In this document: positions 30,719-39,115 of the stretch, piece by piece
How the letters are laid out: every line of letters begins with the position of its first letter
Numbering within the stretch: position 1 is the first letter of the stretch
Translations under genes and position numbers: made by a program
The notes under the pieces: model-generated
Seen by the model: the letters and a program-made list of their open reading frames with translations, nothing else
Told to the model about the DNA's origin: nothing
Database searches by the model: none
Origin: Patescibacteria group bacterium
GTDB taxonomy: Bacteria; Patescibacteriota; Patescibacteriia; UBA10025; JAHIVO01
NCBI GenBank assembly: GCA_041660605.1
Contig: JBAZWB010000003.1
Coordinates: 82,680-146,679, forward strand
DNA length: 64,000 nucleotides
Direction of reading: 5' to 3'

Positions 30719-31738
30719 TTATATCAGCTCCCAGTTCGGATCCGGCTCAAGTTTTTTCCAGGTAGTGAAGTTTTTTTTCTGCGCCTGGAAATATCCGGCA
30801 ATAGCGATCATGGCGGCATTGTCCGTGCAGAGTTTCAAAGGCGGAAAATAGTACCCGACTCCCGGAAGATTATTTTTAATCTCTTCACCCAGTTTTTCCC
30901 TTAATGGCCCGTTAGCCGCTACCCCGCCGGCCAATAAAACATTTTTTACCCTGAAGGTTTTGGCGGCAGCCAGGGTTTTGGAGATGAGGACGTCGGTGAC
31001 CGCCTGCTGGAAGCTGGCGCAGATGTCGGCGACCGGCGCTTTTTTATTGTTAAACTCTTTTTTTAAAAGATACAGCACGGAAGTTTTCAGTCCGGAAAAG
31101 CTGAAATCGAAATTCTTATAATTAATCATCGGCCTAGGAAAATCAAAAGCCGTTGGGTTCCCCTTTTCCGCCATGGCCTGAACTTTCGGTCCGCCGGGAT
31201 AGCCGAGGCTCAGGAGCTTGGCCACCTTATCAAAAGCCTCGCCGGCCGCGTCATCCCGCGTCCGGCCGATCAATTTATAGTTATTGTGTTTTTTCATCAG
31301 AATCAATTCAGTATGCCCGCCGGAAACTACCAGGCAGAGAACCGGAAATTTTATTTGCGGGTTATTATACCAATTGGCGTAGATGTGTCCTTCCATATGG
31401 TTGAGGCCGACCAGCTTTTTATCCCAAAGATAGGCCAGCGTTTTGGCTGCCTGCGTGCCCACGCGCAGGGAGGTAATCAGGCCAGGCCCTCTGGTCACGG
31501 AAATGACGTCAATTTTGGCAGGCTTGATTTTTGCCTGCCGTAAAGCCACGTCAATGACCGGAACAATGTTTAATACATGCTGGCGGGCGGCCACTTCCGG
31601 CACTACGCCGCCATACAGGCTGTGGGTTTTTATCTGCGAAGCGATGATATGGGAAAGGATTTTTATCTTTCCCCGTTCGCCTTTTATAATGCTGGCGGCG
31701 GTTTCGTCGCAGGAGGTTTCGATACCTAGAACTATCAT
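30719..31738 (-). CDS. tsaD: tRNA N6-threonylcarbamoyltransferase
   Basis: LGIETSCDET, GGVVPEVAARQH, HMEGH, VSGGHT, DDAAGEAFDK, CTDNAAMIA. Confidence 0.97.
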   Translation of the reverse strand: MIVLGIETSCDETAASIIKGERGKIKILSHIIASQIKTHSLYGGVVPEVAARQHVLNIVPVIDVALRQAKIKPAKIDVISVTRGPGLITSLRVGTQAAKTLAYLWDKKLVGLNHMEGHIYANWYNNPQIKFPVLCLVVSGGHTELILMKKHNNYKLIGRTRDDAAGEAFDKVAKLLSLGYPGGPKVQAMAEKGNPTAFDFPRPMINYKNFDFSFSGLKTSVLYLLKKEFNNKKAPVADICASFQQAVTDVLISKTLAAAKTFRVKNVLLAGGVAANGPLREKLGEEIKNNLPGVGYYFPPLKLCTDNAAMIAIAGYFQAQKKNFTTWKKLEPDPNWELI

Positions 31739-31781
31739 ATTAACAGTAAATAATTATATTATGCAGCCGTATGTTCAGACT

Positions 31782-31833
31782 TCCGCCATAGGCGGACCCC
31801 GCTGGCTAGCGGGGCTATGCCTAAAATTATCAT
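31782..31833 (-). repeat. Diverged duplicate of the tsaD 5' end plus two hairpins
   Basis: atgataattttaggcatag (MIILGI; 15/19 nt match to the real start MIVLGI), then ccccgctagccagcgggg and tccgcctatggcgga. Confidence 0.8.
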
Positions 31834-31991
31834 ATATATTATTTCTTTCTGATGTTATTGTAGCATAATCAAGCTAAATTAGGGTTGAGGCCGGATTTAT
31901 AATGATAAAATCGTCCTACTCTTGACAGTGGGCATATTTTTTGCTAGCATTGATGGAAAGTTAAGAAAGGTAAATTTCCAAGGAGGAACGG

Positions 31992-32147
31992 ATGCCTGAT
32001 TGGGTATATGTGATTTTAGCGATTGCATTGGCGGCGTTGTTTACAGTTTGGTACTTTAGGCGCCTGCGGCGCGGACAGAAAAGGATGGTCCGATATCAGC
32101 CTAGCAGGTCTGAACGGAGAAGAATCCGTAAACAACAAGCTTATTAG
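31992..32147 (+). CDS. Small single-TM protein with Arg-rich tail (51 aa, missing from the ORF track)
   Basis: TTGACA-17-TAGCAT at 31922; SD AGGAGG; MPDWVYVILAIALAALFTVWYFRRLRRGQKRMVRYQPSRSERRRIRKQQAY. Confidence 0.7.
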   Translation: MPDWVYVILAIALAALFTVWYFRRLRRGQKRMVRYQPSRSERRRIRKQQAY

Positions 32148-32265
32148 GGTCGGCAGATTCTAATTTCTATTGTTGACGATAGCTAGGCTTAAATGCAATC
32201 CAAGTGTATTGTGGGCAGCACCCTGCGTGTTGCCCTCTTTTTTATTTTGAAAAAATATAGAATGT

Positions 32266-33084
32266 TTAGCGGCTTGTCTGAATATCAGGCGCAGGCGGTG
32301 ATTTAGCCCGTGACAGCCATAAGGCCAGGAGTGAAAGCGGAACAATAATCACATAGTACGGGATGGCCACGCCAGCGAACGCCGGAATAATTGCCCTTAA
32401 TATAAAACGCGCGAAAGCTATGATGAAAGCGATGATGATGGCTTGCCTGACATTCCGATAGTAAATAAAGGCAGCGACAATCAAATAGCCTAGGAAAAAG
32501 TCGCCGATACCAAGCGAGGCAGAGCCGAAAACAATATTGCCGTTGAAAAGCAGGGAGACGTCGCTGAATAGGCCTGAAGAAGCGGGGGCGAGCCAAACAT
32601 TATAGGCATCAATAAGCGTGGCAATTATCAGCCCAGCAATAAAACATTTTTGTGGGATTCTAAATCTTTTGAATAAAAATATACCCACCCAGATGATTGA
32701 GCCGGCAGTGACGATGTTTTGGAGCATTTGCCAGCGGGTAAGGATAGTGAGAGCAAAAAATGGGATTGGCAGGCAGAGAGCGGCGATAATTCGCCTTTTC
32801 AATGATTTTTGCTGAATAAGCAGGAAGCAGCCGATCACCGCGCTTAAGTAGTAGAGTACGCCATAAAAATATTCCAGCAGCACCGGGTTGGAGTGATAGA
32901 TAAAAAGGTAGCCAACTCCGACTGCCACGAGAATATCGGCGAGAAAAAAGAAGACCAGAGTGCGGCGCGATAGCCGTATGGCAGAGCCGATTGACAGGAG
33001 TTTCGGATCAAAACGGCGGTACGCCAATATCGAAATTATCAGAAAGGCAAAGAAGAAAAGGGACAGAAAGAATGAATTAAGCAT
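32266..33084 (-). CDS. Polytopic membrane protein, possible GxGD (presenilin/SPP-like) intramembrane protease
   Basis: About 9 TMs; TLIDAYNVW and LGIGDF aspartate motifs; start uncertain. Confidence 0.6.
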   Translation of the reverse strand: MLNSFFLSLFFFAFLIISILAYRRFDPKLLSIGSAIRLSRRTLVFFFLADILVAVGVGYLFIYHSNPVLLEYFYGVLYYLSAVIGCFLLIQQKSLKRRIIAALCLPIPFFALTILTRWQMLQNIVTAGSIIWVGIFLFKRFRIPQKCFIAGLIIATLIDAYNVWLAPASSGLFSDVSLLFNGNIVFGSASLGIGDFFLGYLIVAAFIYYRNVRQAIIIAFIIAFARFILRAIIPAFAGVAIPYYVIIVPLSLLALWLSRAKSPPAPDIQTSR

Positions 33085-33230
33085 ATAAATAATTGTACAG
33101 AATAGGGCCGGCCTTAGCAATCGCAATTTTTAATAATACTACAATAAAAAGTCAGAGCAATATCATAATTGCCCCCTATTTAGCAGAGGTTAGCCGGTAG
33201 CCCCGAGAATTGTTGATAAGAAGCTGAGGA

Positions 33231-33689
33231 TTACCGGTGCCTTTGCTTTTTAATATAGATGTATTGCCGCACGCCGTCTAGCCAGCCGCCGGAAAAATAA
33301 TCTTCTGGGACAAACGCCTCAGGCTCTATCCACTTCGTTTCCGTGTGGGCGTCAGATAGTTTGATGATCCCGGCTTCTAAAGTAGCAATATACCCAAGCG
33401 CAAAAATTCTGGCTTCTGGATCGTCACCCATTTGTTCTTCCCGTTTATGCCTCATAAATATTTCCGGAGATGGGCACAACTCATATTTCAGATCCAAGCC
33501 TAGTTCCTCCGATAGTTTTCTTTTAATGATTTGATCAAGCGGTGCATCAAATTCATTTCGCTTAATCCTGCCTCCGGGTAAATCCCAGTGCCCGTATGCA
33601 TCCTTCAGTATTAAAAGCTTTCCGCCTTTTTCTAAAAAGACCTTGACCGCCACAAAGTATCTGTCTTTTTGTTTGTTATCTTTATCCAT
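33231..33689 (-). CDS. NUDIX hydrolase
   Basis: WDLPGGRIKRNE...KRKLSEELG, a variant Nudix box. Confidence 0.85.
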   Translation of the reverse strand: MDKDNKQKDRYFVAVKVFLEKGGKLLILKDAYGHWDLPGGRIKRNEFDAPLDQIIKRKLSEELGLDLKYELCPSPEIFMRHKREEQMGDDPEARIFALGYIATLEAGIIKLSDAHTETKWIEPEAFVPEDYFSGGWLDGVRQYIYIKKQRHR

Positions 33690-33737
33690 TCAGTTCATTG
33701 ATGAAAGTTGGATTGGCAGAGGAGAATGTCTTGAAGG

Positions 33738-34073
33738 TTATTTTTTTGCAGCGTTGATTTTCGCGGCAATCTTTTTTTCCAGATGGTCCATAGTGCCCAC
33801 AAAAGCGTCTTCAATATCGATATCGTATTCCTTCGCCAATATTAAAATCGACCAGAGGCAGTCGGCCAATTCGTATTTCAATTCATTGTCGATATTTTCA
33901 ATGTCACGCAGCCCGTCTTTGGCCATGACCAGTTTCATGAAGTCGCCAACGTCGCTGACAAAACCCTGGGCAATTTCCGATCGCGTCCACGCCCGTCCGT
34001 GTTTTTTCTGCTCCAGCACTGCAAGCTTTCCCCGGATTTCAATTGCCCGTTTTGTAAGTTCTTTGATATCCAT
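33738..34073 (-). CDS. MazG-like nucleotide pyrophosphohydrolase
   Basis: SDVGD...ELADCLWSILILA..YDIDIEDAF. Confidence 0.8.
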   Translation of the reverse strand: MDIKELTKRAIEIRGKLAVLEQKKHGRAWTRSEIAQGFVSDVGDFMKLVMAKDGLRDIENIDNELKYELADCLWSILILAKEYDIDIEDAFVGTMDHLEKKIAAKINAAKK

Positions 34074-34105
34074 ATCATTTGGAAATTTATAAGTTGTGCT
34101 TTTTA

Positions 34106-34561
34106 GCCCCACGGGGAATTTTCGCGTCACCCCGCCCTTGGGCGGGGCTCCTTGTCCTGGTCAGCAGTGATTTAAAAACTTCTGTCCCGGGGCGTCACGG
34201 CGGTTCCCGCATCGTGCCGCCCGCGCTCGCGGCCGCGACTGAAGCAGTTCAGTCGCTTTTTTCCGCTCGCGCCCGTTCGATTCCCCTCTATTTTTATTGT
34301 GCCTACATTCTTAAAAGCTATTTGAGTATTTAATACTGGTTCATTTTAGCCCCACGGGGAATTTTCGCGTCACCCCGCCCATGGGCGGGGCTCCTTGTCC
34401 TGGTCAGCGCCAAATGCTCCTGATGGTCGCATTTGTCGGCGTTCGACTTACCCTTCGACTTCGCTCAGGGTTGTCTCACTTCTGACCGTTCGATTCCCCT
34501 CTATTTTTATTGTGCCTACATTCTTAAAAGCTATTTGAGTATTTAATACTGGTTCATTTTA
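34106..34561 (+). repeat. Two tandem mini-units (243 and 213 bp), each starting with a copy of the tRNA-Glu 3' end
   Basis: 60-bp 5' block (34106-34165 / 34349-34408, one mismatch) and 76-bp 3' block (34273-34348 / 34486-34561) shared; different structured middles. Confidence 0.92.
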
Positions 34562-34724
34562 TGGCTTTACAACGAAGTACGAACCTATTTCAAAGAGAAT
34601 TATTGATTTGATTGCGGGGCGGAAGGGGGGTTTGGGGGGAATTCCGCCCCGCATCCCTCTGCGCCTCTTTCTTAAAAAGCCAGAGATTTTTCGTTGCGCC
34701 GATTACGGCGCGCGCCGCGGTGAT

Positions 34725-35051
34725 TTATTTAGTATTTTGTTTACCCTCCCATTTGAATATAAATATAGAGATTACCATAAACACCCCAACAATTAAATCA
34801 ATTACACTCCAAACCTCACGATTGAAATGGATAACGATAAATGGATTAAAAAGTACTGCAAGAAATCCAAAAATCCAAATCCATTTTTCTTTTTTTGTTT
34901 CATACGCCATCCATGCAACATACATAGAACTGGTAAATACCACGAAGCGTAAAAGTGTAAACAGTCCATAAGGTAAACCATCAATTAAAGCTACAAAAAG
35001 AAAAGCGGCGGCAATAAGTAATGCTACATTTTTCTTTCTATTCTGTTTCAT
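34725..35051 (-). CDS. Membrane protein (DUF6804-like), island cargo
   Basis: LPYGLFTLLRFVVF, LFNPFIVIHFNREVW.VID. Confidence 0.7.
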   Translation of the reverse strand: MKQNRKKNVALLIAAAFLFVALIDGLPYGLFTLLRFVVFTSSMYVAWMAYETKKEKWIWIFGFLAVLFNPFIVIHFNREVWSVIDLIVGVFMVISIFIFKWEGKQNTK

Positions 35052-35055
35052 CACT

Positions 35056-35451
35056 TTATATACCAAACCATTCGCTGCGCTTTTCGCCCTTCTTAGATGA
35101 AAATTTTTCCTCTCTAAGAATCCGACGCCTCTTTTTTGCAGCTTCAAACAGCCGATTGGCCTCTTCCTCATCCAATAGCTTATCTAAAAGCCGATTTAGT
35201 TTCATTTTAGCTTGATGGCGCTTATATGTAAGGTAAGCTCCCGCCCAATATAAACCAATTACTAAATAAACGCCGAGTTTCATCAACTCGCCATTTTCAT
35301 CTATCCTAATAATTGGATCTTTAATAATAAGGAAATAAAGCAGGATTGGGATGATCAAGAAAACAACAATAGCTACAAAAATTCTTTTACTATAACCAAA
35401 GCGCTCACCAGTATATTCGTAATCTTTAGTTAGCCAATCCCAGAAAGCCAT
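35056..35451 (-). CDS. 2-TM hypothetical protein, island cargo
   Basis: ORF with two hydrophobic helices and a basic tail. Confidence 0.6.
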   Translation of the reverse strand: MAFWDWLTKDYEYTGERFGYSKRIFVAIVVFLIIPILLYFLIIKDPIIRIDENGELMKLGVYLVIGLYWAGAYLTYKRHQAKMKLNRLLDKLLDEEEANRLFEAAKKRRRILREEKFSSKKGEKRSEWFGI

Positions 35452-35693
35452 ATTTTATATTGATTAGTTTTATATTTCTTGCACTGATAAAGCGTGAGTA
35501 TAAATTACCTCTCGTCAGGGTGATCACCCCAGCCCTCATTTGGTTTTAACATTGCTCTTCGTTTTTCTCGGAATCGTTGCCGTCCGGCATCAACAATATC
35601 AATTATTCCACACTTTGGGCACCTTGACTTGCAAACGGCACAATATTATTCACCGCAGTTTTTACAAATGATAAGTTCATCAGCGTGTGGCAT
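35430..35693 (-). pseudogene. Cys-rich zinc-finger ORF interrupted by TAA
   Basis: MPHADELIICKNCGE*YCAVCKSRCPKCG...; in-frame stop at 35646-35648. Confidence 0.55.
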
Positions 35694-35718
35694 AGGGGCT
35701 GGTTATAGCTCTTCTAAA

Positions 35719-36492
35719 TTATGATGATGACACTTTTGGAGCTTCCGGAGGCTGTGGTAAGGCAGGTGGGCTTGGGAGTTTTGGAGGCGATATAATACCC
35801 GCACCCGTTGATGTGGGTTCATAATCTTGGCTGAAGACCCCAGCAGCAGACAATAACCCTATTACAAGCCACAGTATCACTAAAATGACAATCACCCATA
35901 ATAGTTTTTTTATTTTTTTAGATTTTGGTGGTTTAATCTTTCCTTTATTGGAAATAATTTTTGCACCACATGACCAACAATACAAAGCATCATTTGTAGC
36001 TTTTTGCCCGCATTTTGAACAATACGCATCCGCTATAGGATTCTTCTGCTCTACAACATTTGTTGATTTAGTTATTATTCTATGTTTCTCTACCTGATAC
36101 GCTGGATACACAAAATAAGCTAGAATGTATAGCGCAATTAGTGCTCCAAGTAATTGGATAGGGTTAATTAGGGTTATAACCAGAGCGTTGAGTAATACTA
36201 CTGTAAACGCAATGACTACGCCTGTCTTTGTCCATTTATAAATTACAACCGAGATAGCTAACCCAATCGCCAACAAAGCATATCCCAGCCCCTTGCTAGT
36301 TTCAAGATTTTGACCAATAAACTGCGTCCAGCCGAGAAAATATAAAATCGAATAAGCCAGGCTGGCTTTCCCGCGCATTGACTTTAAACCCGACAACTGA
36401 TTGTAGTTTTCAAGTTGATAACTCAACGCCTCATCCGTTAGTTTCACGGCAAAAAATCCAGATCGACCAGTTTTAGATTTTTTGTTATTCAT
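35719..36492 (-). CDS. Membrane protein with zinc ribbon and Pro-rich tail, island cargo
   Basis: YCSKCG...YCWSCG; several TMs; PPKLPSPPALPQPP. Confidence 0.75.
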   Translation of the reverse strand: MNNKKSKTGRSGFFAVKLTDEALSYQLENYNQLSGLKSMRGKASLAYSILYFLGWTQFIGQNLETSKGLGYALLAIGLAISVVIYKWTKTGVVIAFTVVLLNALVITLINPIQLLGALIALYILAYFVYPAYQVEKHRIITKSTNVVEQKNPIADAYCSKCGQKATNDALYCWSCGAKIISNKGKIKPPKSKKIKKLLWVIVILVILWLVIGLLSAAGVFSQDYEPTSTGAGIISPPKLPSPPALPQPPEAPKVSSS

Positions 36493-36498
36493 AGGATT

Positions 36499-36720
36499 TT
36501 AATTAATAAAATAATTCATTGGTCGTTTGTATATCTTGGCTATTTTTTTCAGCTCAATAACATCAATCTTACGTTGCCCAACCTCAATCTTTGAAATATA
36601 GGACTGAGATCGGCTAAGTCGTTTGGCAGCCTCCATTTGGTTAAATCCGGCCTCTTTGCGGGCTTGTATTATGCGTTCTATGAGCTTTTTATGCTCTTTT
36701 GAGTAGATTTCACTATTCAT
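36499..36720 (-). CDS. XRE-family HTH regulator
   Basis: ARKEAGFNQMEAAKRLSRSQSYISKIEVGQRKIDVIEL. Confidence 0.9.
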   Translation of the reverse strand: MNSEIYSKEHKKLIERIIQARKEAGFNQMEAAKRLSRSQSYISKIEVGQRKIDVIELKKIAKIYKRPMNYFIN

Positions 36721-36728
36721 ATTGATTG

Positions 36729-36778
36729 TTCCATATTTTTATGGTAAAGTCCAGTATGGAATAGTCCAAAGTGGACTT
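36729..36778. promoter_or_regulatory. Putative XRE operator array
   Basis: Three CCA-N-TGG imperfect palindromes: ccatatttttatgg, tccagtatgga, agtccaaagtggact. Confidence 0.55.
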
Positions 36779-36998
36779 ATGCGCATAGGGAGCAAACCTT
36801 GCCCGCGCACGGGTGGGTGGGGCAAGGGCAACTCTTTACCGCGGCGCATCCCGCCTTCGCGGGATACGAAAAATCTCTGGCTTTTTAAGAAAGAGGCGCA
36901 GAGGGATGCGGGGCGGAATTCCCCCCAAACCCCCCTTCCGCCCCGCAATCAAATCAATAATTCTCTTTGAAATAGGTTCGTACTTCGTTGTAAAGCCA

Positions 36999-38704
36999 TA
37001 CCACTATCATACTTTCCAAAAATTTACCGATTTTCTCTCTGGCGCTGGATATGGCAAACCAGTGTTTTTGTGGGCGAAATTCTGGGATAGGGCGGACTTT
37101 CCCGAAACCCAGGACGAGGTTCGCCTCCCGCGCGATTTTGAAATTCTGTCTCGTTTTCTTTTCTTAATTACTAATTATTAAACTATATGAACAACCAAAA
37201 GTTTTTTCTCTACGCCCGCAAGTCCACCGACGTAGAAGATAAGCAAGTTTTGAGCATTGAAGCGCAGATCGTTGAATTGCGCACCTTTGCTAAAAAGGAA
37301 AGTTTAACAATAGTAGAGGAATTAGTGGAAAAGAAATCGGCCAAAGTGCCCGGACGCAAGATATTCAACTCAATGTTGGACAGAATAGCGAAAGGCGAAG
37401 CGCAAGGAATTGTGAGCTGGCACCCTGATAGATTGGCGCGCAATTCGGTGGATGGCGGGCGAATCATTTATCTGCTGGATACTGGCCAGCTTGCGGCTTT
37501 GAAATTCCCCCAATTCTGGTTTGAATCAACGCCGCAAGGAAAGTTTATGCTAAATATTGCCTTCGGACAGAGCAAATACTATGTGGATTCGCTATCAGAG
37601 AATGTAAAACGCGGATTGCGCCAAAAAGCCAGACGAGGAGAGTATTCGGGCATAGCCCCGCTTGGCTACATCAACGATTTACGTACCAAAACTGTGGTGG
37701 TAGACAAAACGCAGGCGAAAATCGTGAGCCAGGCGTTTGAACTGTACGCCCAAGGCAATTCTCGACTAGAGGATATTTCCACCTTTTTGGCCCAACATAA
37801 TATAACCTCGCGCAATGGCAAACCACTAAAACGAGACAGAATTTCTTTTATCCTTTCCAATCCTTTTTATGTTGGTTTCTTTACTTATGCCAAGGAATTA
37901 TATGAAGGCAAGCACCAGCCAGTCATCTCAAAGAAAATTTTTGACCAAGTGCAAATAATATTGAAACAAAAGGGCAGACCGCACCACAAAACCAAGAACG
38001 AGCCGCAACCCTATTGCGGTCTGCTGCGGTGTAACACCTGCGGAATGGGTATAACTGGCGAATACAAGACAAAGCACCAAAAGAACGGTAACGAACACAA
38101 TTATATTTACTACCACTGCACGAAAAAGAATAAGGCCATCAAATGTCACGAGCCATGTATTCGCCAAGAATCATTGGATGAACAAATTACTCCTTTACTG
38201 CAAAAATTTTCTTTGAGATCTGATTGGGCGGACAGCTTGTTACATCAACTAGAGCAAGACACTTCCGAGTCCGCCCACTCCTCTGTCGCTTTTGTTCAAG
38301 AGACGGAAAACACTATCCAAGGTATCGAAACCAAGCTCCAGCGACTTTTAGACAGCTATCTGGAGCAAGATATTGACCGAGACGCGTACCTGGAGAAGAA
38401 GGCTGGCCTCTTAGGAGAGAAAAAGTCCCTCACGGAGAAAATGACCCGTCTTGAACAAAAGCGGACTGGCTGGGTCGAACCGATGCGGAAATGGATAAAT
38501 ACGGCAGCAGAGCTGCCGAAAATCGCGCGGGAGAGCGACCTTTTTCTCCGAAAGGTCGCGGCCAAAGAAATCTTTGGCTCGAACCTCGTCCTGGGTTTCG
38601 GGAAAGTCCGCCCTATCCCAGAATTTCGCCCACAAAAACACTGGTTTGCCATATCCAGCGCCAGAGAGAAAATCGGTAAATTTTTGGAAAGTATGATAGT
38701 GGTA
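36999..38704. repeat. Inverted repeat B, 125 bp (36999-37123 / 38580-38704), a copy of the recombinase 3' end
   Basis: Reverse-complement match; a further 15-bp match at 37125-37139 / 38519-38533. Confidence 0.93.
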
Positions 38705-38740
38705 GCCCCACGGGGAATCGAACCCCGATTACCACATTGA
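37187..38740 (+). CDS. Large serine recombinase (integrase)
   Basis: YARKST catalytic Ser, DRLARN, recombinase domain, CNTCG..YYHC zinc ribbon, coiled coil; last 11 residues encoded antisense to the tRNA. Confidence 0.93.
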   Translation: MNNQKFFLYARKSTDVEDKQVLSIEAQIVELRTFAKKESLTIVEELVEKKSAKVPGRKIFNSMLDRIAKGEAQGIVSWHPDRLARNSVDGGRIIYLLDTGQLAALKFPQFWFESTPQGKFMLNIAFGQSKYYVDSLSENVKRGLRQKARRGEYSGIAPLGYINDLRTKTVVVDKTQAKIVSQAFELYAQGNSRLEDISTFLAQHNITSRNGKPLKRDRISFILSNPFYVGFFTYAKELYEGKHQPVISKKIFDQVQIILKQKGRPHHKTKNEPQPYCGLLRCNTCGMGITGEYKTKHQKNGNEHNYIYYHCTKKNKAIKCHEPCIRQESLDEQITPLLQKFSLRSDWADSLLHQLEQDTSESAHSSVAFVQETENTIQGIETKLQRLLDSYLEQDIDRDAYLEKKAGLLGEKKSLTEKMTRLEQKRTGWVEPMRKWINTAAELPKIARESDLFLRKVAAKEIFGSNLVLGFGKVRPIPEFRPQKHWFAISSAREKIGKFLESMIVVAPRGIEPRLPH

Positions 38741-38774
38741 AAGCGTGGTGTCCTAACCGTTAGACGATAGGGCC
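38700..38774 (-). tRNA. tRNA-Glu (anticodon UUC)
   Basis: GGCCCTA acceptor stem, CCACG-CTTTCAA-TGTGG anticodon arm, GGTTCGATTCC T-loop, ACCA end. Confidence 0.95.
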
Positions 38775-38779
38775 ATAAA

Positions 38780-39034
38780 TCATTCGAAGCTGTATTTAAT
38801 GGATTGTTTAAGAAAATCTCGTTGGCGACCATGATGCTTCAGATTCCATTCTCTTTGCGTTGCATCACGTTTATCACGATATCCTTCATAATAAATCAAT
38901 ATCCACTTGCCAGCAACATTCGTTGATTTTGTTTTACCAATATTATGTTCTTGAACACGTTGGCGTATGCTCTTGGTATATCCAATATAAAGCTTTTTAT
39001 TCTTAGAATTTTGTAATATATAAACGTAATACAT
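38780..39034 (-). CDS. Small GIY-YIG nuclease (UPF0213-like)
   Basis: YYVYIL...LYIGYT..IRQRVQEHN.G..KST, A..RE..LK. Confidence 0.92.
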   Translation of the reverse strand: MYYVYILQNSKNKKLYIGYTKSIRQRVQEHNIGKTKSTNVAGKWILIYYEGYRDKRDATQREWNLKHHGRQRDFLKQSIKYSFE

Positions 39035-39048
39035 ATCTCAGCCAGTTA

Positions 39049-39100
39049 TCTGCCCATAGGGCAGACCCGCCCTTTGGGCGGGGACGATAGGGCCGTAAAT
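39049..39100 (-). repeat. Duplicate of the tRNA 5' end plus two hairpins upstream of the GIY-YIG gene
   Basis: gacgatagggcc(g/a)taaat at 39083-39100 vs 38763-38780 (17/18); hairpins at 39066-39082 and 39049-39065. Confidence 0.85.
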
Positions 39101-39115
39101 TTGATTAGTAAAAAA

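Larger units (their letters stand above)
34560..37000. repeat. Inverted repeat A, 135 bp (34560-34694 / 36866-37000)
   Basis: Reverse-complement match read directly from the sequence. Confidence 0.93.
34560..38704. mobile_element. Large-serine-recombinase integrative element in the tRNA-Glu 3' end
   Basis: Recombinase reads into the tRNA; divergent XRE regulator; AT-rich cargo; junctions ttcatttTAtggctttac (left) and gatagtggTAgccccac (right). Confidence 0.85.

Noticed and set aside
34106-34287. Second tRNA-Glu gene or intron-containing tRNA
   Set aside because: Only 14-16 nt of the 3' end and an oppositely oriented T-arm mimic; no D or anticodon arm
34106-34561. CRISPR array
   Set aside because: Only two units, with constant parts of 60+76 bp and middles of 77-107 bp; no cas genes
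34608-34971. ORFs MIAGRKGG.../MRGGRGVWGEF... and their twin at 36739-36948
   Set aside because: Spurious translations of inverted repeat A
38356-38832. 158-aa minus-strand ORF across the tRNA
   Set aside because: Antisense shadow of the recombinase and read-through of the tRNA sequence
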